Assembly (NCBI RefSeq): GCF_017638545.1
Contig: NZ_CP072110.1
Location: 2,571,181-2,611,180, forward strand
Direction: 5' to 3'
DNA: 40,000 nucleotides
DNA from: Psychrosphaera ytuae
GTDB lineage: Bacteria > Pseudomonadota > Gammaproteobacteria > Enterobacterales > Alteromonadaceae
Positions within the stretch are counted from its first letter, which is position 1. Each line of letters starts with the position of its first letter. Shown piece by piece: positions 9,038 through 17,559 of the stretch. Position numbers and translations under genes: made by a program. The notes beneath the pieces were generated by a model. That model was not told the origin of the DNA. It searched no databases and was given only the letters and a program-made list of their open reading frames with translations.

Positions 9038-10516
9038 TTATAAAAATCCTTTTAAAACTTGCTTAAATTTTTCTTCAGCTTCAAGGCTTGCTTGCCATGC
9101 TTGTTTTAAATCAGCCATAGCTTCTTCAACAGACGGTAAGTTGTCTTCAATGATCTTTTCTACATAAAGTGGAATATTAAGGTTAAAGTCGTTTTCTTTT
9201 AACTCTTCCATTGAAGCGACTTTCACGTAGTTCTCGACATCTTGATAGTCGTGATACCAATCGTAAATTTGTTGAACGTGATTTGGCTCTAAGAAGTTTT
9301 GAGCTCGGCCAACTCGAATTTGATCAGAGGCATCAATAAACAACACTTTACCTTTCTTATCAGCCGGTTTATTTTTTTTAAAAACCATGACACAAGCGGC
9401 GAGTTGAGTTCCGTAGAATACATTTGGTCCTAAACCGATTACCGCTTCTAATAAATCGCTTTCTAGCAGTTGTTTTCGGATTTTCCCTTCGGCAGCTTTT
9501 CTAAATAACGCACCGTGCGGTAATACAACAGTCATACGGCCGGTGCTGTTCATTGACTTAACCATGTGTTGCACCCACGCCATATCACCATTGCCTTTTG
9601 GTGGTACCCCAGCAATGTTACGCCCATAAGGATCATTAGCCCAAGTATCAGCGCCCCAATCTTTTAACGAGAATGGTGGGTTGGCAATGACACAGTCAAA
9701 GGTTTTAAGGCCATCCGCCTCAAAGAACCCCGGATGACGCAATGTATCGCCACGCAATATTTCAAAGTCTTCTATGCCATGTAAGAACATATTCATACGA
9801 GCAATTGAACTTGAAGTTAGGTTCTTTTCTTGCCCAAAGAGTTTTAGCGTTCGATAATCTTCTTTATTGTCTTTAAGGTGATCAACACACTCAAGCAACA
9901 TACCGCCTGTACCACACGCCGGATCGTAGATAGTTTCACCTTCGTGCGGATCTAGGATTAAGCCAAGAAGATGTACCACAGAGCGAGGCGTGTAGAACTC
10001 CCCAGCTTTTTTATTGGTTAAGTCAGCGAAGTGTTTAATCAAGTATTCGTAGGCGTTACCCAACATGTCTGGGTCAACATTTTGATTTCCTAGGGTGTAC
10101 TGAGAAAAGTGTTCAATTAGGTTTATCAGCAATTCATCCGATAGCTTATTTTTGTTGCTCCACTGTGCATCACCAAAAATTCCGTATAAAAATTCTTGGT
10201 TAGCTTGTTCTATACCTCGCAGAGCATTTTCAATTGCAGAACCTACATTGGTTGTGATCTCACGTACATCTTTCCAATGGCAACCGTCAGGTATTTCAAA
10301 GCGGTGAAATTCTGGTAATGCTGCGTACTCTTCATCACCATCTGATTCTTCTAGAGCAATACGAAACTCTTCATCGTATACATCGGAAATACGCTTAAAG
10401 AAAAGTAATGGGAATATGTATACTTTGAAGTCAGAGGCATCAACTGGACCTTTTAATATCCAGGCAGCTTTCGATAAGTATTGCTCTAGTTGGGAAAGGG
10501 TTATTTTTGTCGTCAT
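9038..10516 (-). CDS. hsdM: Type I restriction-modification methyltransferase subunit (HsdM), promoter-proximal copy
   Basis: 492 aa. Motifs present are YIFPLLFFKRISDVYDEEF, GEFYTPRSV, IYDPACGTGGML (motif I) and VIANPPFSL (motif IV). It aligns full length with the other HsdM but differs by many substitutions. It is the first gene of the operon, preceded by a ~230-bp non-coding region. Confidence 0.93.
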   Translation of the reverse strand: MTTKITLSQLEQYLSKAAWILKGPVDASDFKVYIFPLLFFKRISDVYDEEFRIALEESDGDEEYAALPEFHRFEIPDGCHWKDVREITTNVGSAIENALRGIEQANQEFLYGIFGDAQWSNKNKLSDELLINLIEHFSQYTLGNQNVDPDMLGNAYEYLIKHFADLTNKKAGEFYTPRSVVHLLGLILDPHEGETIYDPACGTGGMLLECVDHLKDNKEDYRTLKLFGQEKNLTSSSIARMNMFLHGIEDFEILRGDTLRHPGFFEADGLKTFDCVIANPPFSLKDWGADTWANDPYGRNIAGVPPKGNGDMAWVQHMVKSMNSTGRMTVVLPHGALFRKAAEGKIRKQLLESDLLEAVIGLGPNVFYGTQLAACVMVFKKNKPADKKGKVLFIDASDQIRVGRAQNFLEPNHVQQIYDWYHDYQDVENYVKVASMEELKENDFNLNIPLYVEKIIEDNLPSVEEAMADLKQAWQASLEAEEKFKQVLKGFL

Positions 10517-10745
10517 TAATTTTTTACTTTTTAATTAAGCCGTAAATTTAAAGTAGGTGGCTATCTTCTCATTGTCTGATAACTGTCCTCAATGGCTTTT
10601 GTATATAGTGCGGACCAATAAATTCGGCTGTTCTAAGGCTGTACGTTTTTGATTAGTCAATGTTCTATGCTAGCTCATAGAGTACTACAAACTAAGTCAA
10701 TATTAATAGTAGGTACAACAAATTGAAAATTATGGAATTGTTAAT

Positions 10746-10766
10746 TGGTAACCGGATTAGTAACCA
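10746..10766 (+). repeat. Left copy of an imperfect 21-nt direct repeat (candidate att or arm site of the integrative element)
   Basis: TGGTAACCGGATTAGTAACCA here versus TAGTAACCGATTTAGTAACCA at 23440-23460. They are in the same orientation and 18 of 21 positions are identical by direct comparison. Both contain two GTAACC/GGTTAC units. Confidence 0.45.
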
Positions 10767-10839
10767 AATCTTTTAGCCATGAATGGATAAATAAATTAGG
10801 TAGCGCATTACCTTGCATAAGTCATTTTAGGCCTAGTAC

Positions 10840-11139
10840 TCAGCGCTCTCGTTGTTTGATTAATAACTCAAGTTCAGCAATAGATAGGTTACTGTATTTT
10901 TTATATATCTCTATTGTGTTTGATGATGCGTTTGAAGGATTATTAATACCAGCTACTGATTTATAGTTTGAAACTTTAGCGTTAATACTTGTAGCTTTAA
11001 GGTCAGTAATTGATGCCATTTCTTGACAAAGTTTGTTTTGTTTTTGTTTTGGGAAGTTTTCAGCACGCAGTATTTTAAAAATCAATAAGCACCTAATCTC
11101 ATTTAGTTCGTTCCAAGCTGAGTTGTTTCTATAGGCCAT
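10840..11139 (-). CDS. Hypothetical small protein (99 aa), second gene of a two-gene module
   Basis: Good SD (AAGGAAAC, then 4 nt, then ATG) 18 nt after the upstream gene's stop. The segment LCQEMASITDLKATSINAKVSNYKSV resembles the small N-terminal helical module seen in some HNH-type restriction proteins. That resemblance is weak and from memory only. Confidence 0.55.
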   Translation of the reverse strand: MAYRNNSAWNELNEIRCLLIFKILRAENFPKQKQNKLCQEMASITDLKATSINAKVSNYKSVAGINNPSNASSNTIEIYKKYSNLSIAELELLIKQRER

Positions 11140-11157
11140 TTCTGTTTCCTTATATTT

Positions 11158-11631
11158 CTATGCTTGTCTTACATAATTGGAAGATACTAAAAAACATTGC
11201 AGGTTTAACTTTTCTTTTACTCGTTCAGGGATTTTAGTAATTTGGCGATTCCATTCAGGTAGGTCCGGCACTGCGATAGCATATTTTATGCTTTTACAGG
11301 ATCTATTCATCAATATGATTGCTTGGCCTAATGCGGAATACATAGCTTGTTCTTTCTGTTTACTAGATTGCCCTTCTACTTCAATTAGGTAAGTGCCATA
11401 TTTGGGATGAGTTGCACATATATCGACTCTTCCATATTCTTTATGTGCTCCAAAAGTTACTCCTAGCCCATCGAGTAGTCTTTCTGCCTTAAGTACTTTT
11501 TCTTTTTTGTCAGGCTTATGCTGTGGACCCTTTGCTCTCTCCATTGAGTCAATATCTACCACAACTTGCCAACCTTGTTTTGGTGAAAACAAGTTGTTTA
11601 CCAAATGAAATTTCACTTCTAGTTGATACAT
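11158..11631 (-). CDS. Hypothetical protein (157 aa), possible restriction-endonuclease-like (PD-(D/E)xK) fold
   Basis: The segment GRVDICATHPKYGTYLIEVEGQSSKQKEQAMYSALGQAII has an Asp in a beta-strand context followed by hydrophobic-E-V-E-G, similar to D...(D/E)xK cores. The canonical Lys is not at +2. An AAGG SD lies upstream of the ATG. Confidence 0.5.
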   Translation of the reverse strand: MYQLEVKFHLVNNLFSPKQGWQVVVDIDSMERAKGPQHKPDKKEKVLKAERLLDGLGVTFGAHKEYGRVDICATHPKYGTYLIEVEGQSSKQKEQAMYSALGQAIILMNRSCKSIKYAIAVPDLPEWNRQITKIPERVKEKLNLQCFLVSSNYVRQA

Positions 11632-11736
11632 GATGGCCTTGATATATTGCTATTTTTTAACCATTCAACCAGAAAACCTGTCAACTCAATAGTAAATTTT
11701 GAATTTAAATTTAATTGAGTTTATTTAAAATGAGGA

Positions 11737-11765
11737 CTGGCGCGAGCATAAAACTAACGCGCCAG
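11737..11765 (-). terminator. GC-rich hairpin downstream of the 139-aa gene (possible weak terminator)
   Basis: CTGGCGCG, a 13-nt loop, then CGCGCCAG form an 8-bp perfect stem that stands out in AT-rich sequence. On the minus strand it is followed by TCCTCATTTTAAAT, so the T-run is not immediately adjacent. Confidence 0.35.
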
Positions 11766-11792
11766 TGATTGGCTCATAAGAGCAATTTTAAT

Positions 11793-12212
11793 CTAAGCAC
11801 CTGGGCCAAATTCAATTTTGAGCTCGCGAACTCTGGAACAGAGTGTTTCTATAAGGTGCTCTCTTTGTTTCTTGTTTGGACTTTCGAATTGTTCCCCAAC
11901 AATTTTAATGCTTTTTATGATCATTTCAGTTTGTAGATTAGTGAAATCTACGTAATGTTCTTTTATTTTGTTGGCTTTATTATTAATAAATACGCCTACG
12001 GCATTTATTAATGCCTCTTTTGCTAAAGTTCTTCCATTAGGAAGCTGAGGCTCAATTAAATCAAATACTCTCTGGCACACGTTCTGGCAAATTAATGCAC
12101 AGTCACTGGCACTTGCATGAAGCCTCTTATTTGTATAATGAAGAGGGTACTCCTTAGAAAATTCGATCATCACGTTTGAAAAACCTACGTATTGTGTATC
12201 TTGTATTGTCAT
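11793..12212 (-). CDS. Hypothetical protein (139 aa from ATG 12212; the ORF-track start at 12245 is a TTG)
   Basis: A strong SD (AGGAG, then 5 nt, then ATG at 12212) supports the shorter start. No motif recognised. Confidence 0.55.
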   Translation of the reverse strand: MTIQDTQYVGFSNVMIEFSKEYPLHYTNKRLHASASDCALICQNVCQRVFDLIEPQLPNGRTLAKEALINAVGVFINNKANKIKEHYVDFTNLQTEMIIKSIKIVGEQFESPNKKQREHLIETLCSRVRELKIEFGPGA

Positions 12213-12262
12213 AAAGACTCCTGTTGAAAAATATCCGCACTTCAATTACGCGCGGAGTTTAA

Positions 12263-13744
12263 TTAATTTAAAAAGTCTAAGAATTCTTCTTCGACTACGT
12301 TGTTTAAATCTATGCATTCTGCATTACTTGGATTCGCCAAAAACATGAAACAGTAAGTGTCTGACCTGTCTGGCGATTTAAGGTTGTGGACTTCTCTCAT
12401 TTCTTTTTTACTACAAATAACCCACTTACCTGACTCATTCAGTTGGACTGGTATTTTGCTTATTTGTGACTTTGTATTTTCGTCTTGATCTATTTTTAAG
12501 CGACCTGTCTTAATTGCATCCCTCATCATTATGTGAGCATATGCTCGTTGGTTTATAAAACGGCTTCTGAGCTTATTGTTAAATAGGGGCTTGCCCCATC
12601 GAACTTCCTGAACGTTTAGCCCTAATTCTTTTGTTACTTTCACAGTTGCAAAGCCAACTCCATCTCCATCAATCAAGACCGTTATGTTTTGTAATATGTA
12701 AGGTTCGACATGTTTTTTTATTTCATGTCCAAAGTCGATTGGATCGATGTTACTTTTCATTTCGATGATATCCACATTGATTACAACTCGTTGCTCAGCA
12801 GGTCCTAAAGAAACTTTGCAAATATTGATGACGGACTTATCTCTTCCATTTCCAACGTCACAAGCCGCCACCCATCCCCATTCGTGTTTATCCAAATTAG
12901 GTTTTGAGTTTGCGGCCAGTTCACAGTCTTTTCGGGAAAGTAGATACCCCTCCAAACTAGACGGAAAACAACCCATTACCTTTATTTGGTATTCTGGTGA
13001 ATCTTCTCCCCCATATGAAACTAGCTTTTCTGATATGAACGAGGGAGAAACAAGTGGTGATTCTTCAGAGTTAAGTCTAATAGCGGTCCAAATACCGTTA
13101 GGGTTTTTATGAGTTTTTGCTAAGCGGTGATGACTATCATAGAAAAAGCCTGAGTTACGAGTTGGCTGGCTAAGCATACACATATTGTTATTGGACTCTG
13201 TAAGTGCCGAGCTTAAGACCTGTAGCGCTTTATCAGGTATTCCACTAGCTTCATCAACAACAACTAGATAAGTATGACAGTGCTCACCTGCTAATGCTTC
13301 TTCGTTACCTCTTCGAGCTGATTTCGCTATACAACTCCATACGCCTTTGTACCCGACCGCATAAAACTCTCGTTCATTTAGTGCGAAGTAGCTTTCTATC
13401 CACGGCAGGTTTCTACATAACGTTTTAAAGTTAGTTTTAATATATTTCCAAATAACGTTCCGAACTTGTGCAGCATTGTTGGCAACTACCACTACACGAC
13501 TTTCGGGGTTTAGAATAATAAAAGCGAGGATCATGATACTTGTCATGTCACTCTTTCCTGTCCCGTGACCACTAGAAACAGAAACCCTAGCTCCACGCTG
13601 TTGCGTTTCTGCAATGATTTGTCGTTGTTGCCAAGTAGGCTTTTTGTCTATCAAAACCGCTGCAAAAGTGGTCCAGTCAGATTGATATTTGAGCACTAAA
13701 TCCAAATACCTTGGTTCACTTAAGATTGTTTTCAAACGTGCCAT
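12263..13744 (-). CDS. Terminase large subunit-like protein (ATPase plus RNase H-like nuclease)
   Basis: 493 aa. It has a Walker A (VSSGHGTGKSD) and Walker B (TYLVVVDEASGIP). C-terminal nuclease-type acidic motifs are WVAACDVGNGRDKSV and VLIDGDGVGF, in the order typical of TerL. Confidence 0.6.
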   Translation of the reverse strand: MARLKTILSEPRYLDLVLKYQSDWTTFAAVLIDKKPTWQQRQIIAETQQRGARVSVSSGHGTGKSDMTSIMILAFIILNPESRVVVVANNAAQVRNVIWKYIKTNFKTLCRNLPWIESYFALNEREFYAVGYKGVWSCIAKSARRGNEEALAGEHCHTYLVVVDEASGIPDKALQVLSSALTESNNNMCMLSQPTRNSGFFYDSHHRLAKTHKNPNGIWTAIRLNSEESPLVSPSFISEKLVSYGGEDSPEYQIKVMGCFPSSLEGYLLSRKDCELAANSKPNLDKHEWGWVAACDVGNGRDKSVINICKVSLGPAEQRVVINVDIIEMKSNIDPIDFGHEIKKHVEPYILQNITVLIDGDGVGFATVKVTKELGLNVQEVRWGKPLFNNKLRSRFINQRAYAHIMMRDAIKTGRLKIDQDENTKSQISKIPVQLNESGKWVICSKKEMREVHNLKSPDRSDTYCFMFLANPSNAECIDLNNVVEEEFLDFLN

Positions 13745-13766
13745 AAACAGTCTGTAGCCTTTTAAA

Positions 13767-14465
13767 CTAATTTTCTGAGCTAATTAAGTTTTTATTGTTT
13801 CGGAGTCTTCGTTTCGCTATCGCTATGGACTCCTCTCTAGCTATTTTCTGATCTTCTTCTTTTGCGACGTCTTCCCAATAACTTTTAGCTTTTTGTTCTA
13901 ATTCTTCTCGTGTAAAAATTTCATCTTCTACGTCCGTAGTTTGATTCTTTAATTCAGCTATCAGTGCATACATTATGAATTGTGGAACTGACCCTAACTC
14001 ATGTAGTTCATAATTAAATGCTACTTCTGACGCAGTAATTTGCTGGCTTTGAAACTTTTTTAAGATTCTCTTTTTAGTTTGTTCTTTTTTTAAATTAGGT
14101 AGCTGGTGGTGAGATAACTCTGATTCTAGGAGTTTTTGAACTTGAGGAGCGAGCTTGGCTACTCGGTCAGCGCATGCAAGGGCTAAGTGAAGCGCACTGA
14201 CTTCGTCACCGCTTTCCATTAATTGGTGAACTGCTGTTGTTCCTATTGTTGTTATGTTGAACAGTTGCCCTTTCAATATACCAGTTTCAAAAGCTAGATC
14301 GTTTTCCAATGCCGAGTTTAATAATGATTCATCAACATTTTGTGAGTAGCCACCATGAACTAAAGCAGCTTTGTTGTTTTTGAGAAATCGAGCACGTCTT
14401 GTAATTGGGTCGATTGAGTAATCTTCCGTGCCTTTATTTGTTTTAGTTTTTCTTCTTTGAGTCAT
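13767..14465 (-). CDS. Hypothetical protein, possibly terminase small subunit-like
   Basis: 232 aa, directly upstream of the TerL-like gene (22-nt gap). It has a basic N-terminus and a NNKAALVHGGYS motif resembling the N-x-N-A-x-K-H-G-x-Y-S motif I recall from some TerS-like proteins. Weak evidence. Confidence 0.35.
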   Translation of the reverse strand: MTQRRKTKTNKGTEDYSIDPITRRARFLKNNKAALVHGGYSQNVDESLLNSALENDLAFETGILKGQLFNITTIGTTAVHQLMESGDEVSALHLALACADRVAKLAPQVQKLLESELSHHQLPNLKKEQTKKRILKKFQSQQITASEVAFNYELHELGSVPQFIMYALIAELKNQTTDVEDEIFTREELEQKAKSYWEDVAKEEDQKIAREESIAIAKRRLRNNKNLISSEN

Positions 14466-15283
14466 ACATTAGCCCCTGAGCACAGTGAACATTGTGGTTT
14501 TGCTTTACGTAGTTCGGCACTGTTTAAATGGAACTTCATCTCAGCTTTTTTATGGAGGGCTATCCTTTCATTGAGCAAAGGAGTTAAGGATAATTTATCT
14601 TGTTTAGAATACAGGGAACAATAAGCGCTCAAGTCACTGTTCTGTACCTTTCTACGCACAGTACACTCTGGATCCACCAGCAGCAGAGCATTGCTTAATA
14701 TTTGGCGCTTTTCTTCTATTGTGTGTTTCGAAATAATAAAGCTGCGGTTGTTACCATTGAGTTGCTTACTAAACCTCTTAGCCAGGTAACTGAGGCGATA
14801 GATTGCCTCGTTGATAGTGTTCTTCATCCCTCTTTTGATTGTGTAAAGTGGATGTTTTACATATTTTGTTGAGCCTTTGGATCTAGAAATCCATAGTTTA
14901 TTTATATGCTTTTGTAGGGAACTAGGGTGATTTACTTTGTGCCCGCTAAGAAATACAGCTAAGTGGTAATGCTCTTTGTTTGATTTGTTTTGCTCACGCG
15001 TACAAAAGTATTTAACAGTACATTTATACTCCTGCTTTAATTTAGTACAGAGCTCAGCCAAGAATGAGCGAATTAAATTGTTGTTAGTGTTGTAACTGTA
15101 AGGGTGAAGATCTATGCGAAGCATAGAAACACGGGAATAGCGAAGTAGCATTGACTCACATAACAAAAATGCGTTCTTGAGAGCGCCTTCGTTTATATCT
15201 AGCGAGCGCGGCTTATAAATCTGATAAGAGTGATCTTTATAGACATAAAATGTTGAATTCTTTTTTGTAATTTTGAATGTCAT
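14462..15283 (-). CDS. YagK/YfjJ (inovirus Gp2-like) family protein, possible HUH-type replication initiator
   Basis: 273 aa. The segment RIDLHPY...EQNKSNKEHYHLAVFLSGHK contains H-Y-H (HUH-like) in the context characteristic of the YagK/YfjJ family from CP4-6/CP4-57 prophages. The stop overlaps the next gene's start (ATGA). Confidence 0.6.
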   Translation of the reverse strand: MTFKITKKNSTFYVYKDHSYQIYKPRSLDINEGALKNAFLLCESMLLRYSRVSMLRIDLHPYSYNTNNNLIRSFLAELCTKLKQEYKCTVKYFCTREQNKSNKEHYHLAVFLSGHKVNHPSSLQKHINKLWISRSKGSTKYVKHPLYTIKRGMKNTINEAIYRLSYLAKRFSKQLNGNNRSFIISKHTIEEKRQILSNALLLVDPECTVRRKVQNSDLSAYCSLYSKQDKLSLTPLLNERIALHKKAEMKFHLNSAELRKAKPQCSLCSGANV

Positions 15284-15363
15284 CGTAAGTACTACTTTTT
15301 AATAAACGAGGCGGCTTATATATTTTAAATACCGCCAATCGGGCTAAAAAATTATTTGGAGTG

Positions 15364-15576
15364 CTAAAAATTTTTGGATTGAAGCCAAGCGTTGACATGC
15401 TTGAACTGCCAATAAGAGCGTTGATTTTGGATAAAAGTAGGCTGCGGAAATTTACCGGTTTTCACCCATCGTCCCAGTGTTGACCGGCTAATATTAAGCA
15501 GTTTCTGTATATCAGGCTTGCGCATTAGTCTTTCATCTTCGATGTAAAGCTCTAGGTGATTTAAAACCTTATCCAT
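15364..15576 (-). CDS. alpA: AlpA-family (prophage CP4-57-type) HTH transcriptional regulator
   Basis: 70 aa. LMRKPDIQKLLNISRSTLGRWVKTGKFPQPTFIQNQRSYWQFKHVNAWL matches the AlpA pattern: HTH, then G-x-FP-x-P, then W-x-x-x-x-V-x-x-W. Confidence 0.8.
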   Translation of the reverse strand: MDKVLNHLELYIEDERLMRKPDIQKLLNISRSTLGRWVKTGKFPQPTFIQNQRSYWQFKHVNAWLQSKNF

Positions 15577-15802
15577 TGCTCACCTCATAGTTATTAATTA
15601 CTTCACGTGATTGCACCCACTCGACAAGCTCTGATAAAAGCCATGCTACACTTGAACCTGAGGGAGTTAACTTTCTCCGTTTGGGAAATAGCCCTTTCTG
15701 CTCTAGTTTCCATGCCTGTACGCGGGATATTGAAGTTATACTTTTACGCTCCGGCTCTTTTACTAATCGATCAAATTGGAATGTCATAACTTGTTCTTTC
15801 AT
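15569..15802 (-). CDS. Second AlpA-like HTH protein (start uncertain: ATG 15802 or 15787; the ORF-track start at 15865 is a GTG inside a hairpin)
   Basis: RLVKEPERKSITSISRVQAWKLEQKGLFPKRRKLTPSGSSVAWLLSELVEWVQSR fits the AlpA pattern. Its stop overlaps the downstream alpA start by 8 nt (ATGGATAA). Confidence 0.65.
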   Translation of the reverse strand: MKEQVMTFQFDRLVKEPERKSITSISRVQAWKLEQKGLFPKRRKLTPSGSSVAWLLSELVEWVQSREVINNYEVSNG

Positions 15803-15853
15803 GTTTTCTCTCGTTACTTTGTGTTTGCGAGAATACTGACAAGTTCTAGCCTT

Positions 15854-15881
15854 AAAAACACCCACACCACAGTGTGGTGTG
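15854..15881 (-). terminator. Rho-independent terminator or attenuator-like hairpin between the 271-aa gene and the AlpA-like genes
   Basis: The minus strand reads CACACCAC-ACT-GTGGTGTG (8-bp stem, 3-nt loop) followed by GGTGTTTTTAAGG. It begins 11 nt after the stop of the 271-aa gene. Confidence 0.5.
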
Positions 15882-15891
15882 TATAAAATAA

Positions 15892-16707
15892 TTATTTCAC
15901 AGATAGCTTTTTATGGATTAGACGGTCAGGAAAAGCCCCCTTGATTAGAGGGATAACGTCTTCAACGCTTAACTTTGGATGCCCGGAAGGCCGAGTTCTT
16001 GGAGGTGCAGTAGAAATATATTGTTCAATTTTGCGTATTGAAGGGCAGCGTTGTGGGTAGCCTTTAAGCGCATCCAAGTTGCTGTTTCCTTGCAATAAGC
16101 TGAAATTATTAATGATCTTAAAAATGGCCTCTGCAATAATTAGTTTTGAAGTAAATCGAGTTCCATCATAAAAAAAATCGGACATTTCATTAACCAGATT
16201 TTTGACCGTTTCAAATTTTTTTGCGCTGAAACGGCCATTTTTAATAGGCTTCGAAACCTTTACTTTGTAGCCTGTCAAACAATGACGGCCCATACAAACT
16301 TCTGTATCATGTGCCCCTGCTGAGTACCCTAGCATTAAAGCTTTGGCAATTACCCTGTTTAAATTCTTCGTATTTTGCTCGCCACAAAGTCCTTGTAACT
16401 CCAGGCTATTTTTTAATTTCGTATACTCGTTTAGGTTTTGAAACACATATTTTAATGACGTGTCTATTGTCACATTACCTATAGACTCTTCTAGTTTTGC
16501 TCCTTTTTTGACTGCGTTTCTAGCTCGAGCAGCCAGCAACATAAGCAACGCGTCAGCTGGGTACGGTGAATCTAGCATTTTTGAGAGTTGGCTTTGATCT
16601 GCTATGTGGGTTTGTCCAAGGGCCTCCAACTTGTTGGTGTATAACTCAACGAATAGCATTTGTTCCAGTTCTAATAGTTGGGCCTGTTTTTCTTTTGCTG
16701 TGATCAT
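15892..16707 (-). CDS. Hypothetical protein (271 aa)
   Basis: A long ORF with no competing frame. It is preceded by a 378-bp non-coding region. No motif recognised. Confidence 0.6.
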   Translation of the reverse strand: MITAKEKQAQLLELEQMLFVELYTNKLEALGQTHIADQSQLSKMLDSPYPADALLMLLAARARNAVKKGAKLEESIGNVTIDTSLKYVFQNLNEYTKLKNSLELQGLCGEQNTKNLNRVIAKALMLGYSAGAHDTEVCMGRHCLTGYKVKVSKPIKNGRFSAKKFETVKNLVNEMSDFFYDGTRFTSKLIIAEAIFKIINNFSLLQGNSNLDALKGYPQRCPSIRKIEQYISTAPPRTRPSGHPKLSVEDVIPLIKGAFPDRLIHKKLSVK

Positions 16708-17085
16708 GTTTGTTCCTTTAGTGGTTCAAAGTGTGTCACATTAAAAGAGGTGCTAATTTTGTTCTAGGGATTCTCTAGGGGAATTAAAGTTTCTTCCGTT
16801 TAAGAAAGTATTTACGAGCTTATCTATTACAGCCTTAATACTTTCTAATGAAATTAAGTGATAGAGTGGCATTGATATACAGAACATTTAAGTTCCTAAA
16901 GCTGTTTGAAGTTGCGCTTTTATAAAGCTGCTCTGTTGCTTTAAAGTCGACAGTTTTGATAAGTAGCAATGCTTTGTCAGTGGGGGGCGCATGCTATTTC
17001 TGTTATCAATTTGAAAACTCAATGAAATGGACTTAGGAATTTTGAGACCGTTTAGCTTTTTAAACTGACGTAAGGATTATTAGTA

Positions 17086-17559
17086 GTGAATAAATTTTTG
17101 ATGAACATCTTGTTAATAGCTGGTTTTTGGTCGCCTGTTGCATTGGCGTCGGCGACCCCAGACAGTTTTGAGTTAATTTGTGACAAGATAGACGTGATTG
17201 GTAGGTCATTTGATGAGTCACGAGTTTCTAGCTCTTACATTAAATGGGATAAAAAAAAGAAGTCTTTATCTATCAAAAGTGAAGAGTTAAATGAATTTCA
17301 TGGCGAGTTAAACGGTAACTACAATGATATTTTTGTTCGTCAGGAGAACATGGATTCCTATCCCAGGATTTATTTCACTTTTAAATCTAATCCATCTTTT
17401 GACAAGTGGGAGAATGGCCACGGCACACGATTTGTTAGTACGCAGGTTGATATTTCACCTGAATCAAAACGAGCTCTATTCAATTTAACGTCATTTAATC
17501 AAACAGGTGGAGTTATTTCAAACGTGACAACGAAACGAGCTTGGTGCAAATTACGGTAG
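17086..17559 (+). CDS. Hypothetical secreted protein (157 aa), the only plus-strand gene in the island
   Basis: The signal-peptide-like N-terminus MNKFLMNILLIAGFWSPVALA|SATP has an A-L-A cleavage motif. The start is GTG 17086 (SD TAAGGA upstream) or ATG 17098. No lipobox. Confidence 0.6.
   Translation: MNKFLMNILLIAGFWSPVALASATPDSFELICDKIDVIGRSFDESRVSSSYIKWDKKKKSLSIKSEELNEFHGELNGNYNDIFVRQENMDSYPRIYFTFKSNPSFDKWENGHGTRFVSTQVDISPESKRALFNLTSFNQTGGVISNVTTKRAWCKLR

Noticed and set aside
10745-10966. 73-aa plus-strand ORF with a TTG start
   Set aside because: It starts inside the att-like repeat, has no SD, and overlaps the better-supported 99-aa minus-strand gene.
12747-13112. 121-aa plus-strand ORF
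   Set aside because: It is antisense to the TerL-like gene and has no motifs.
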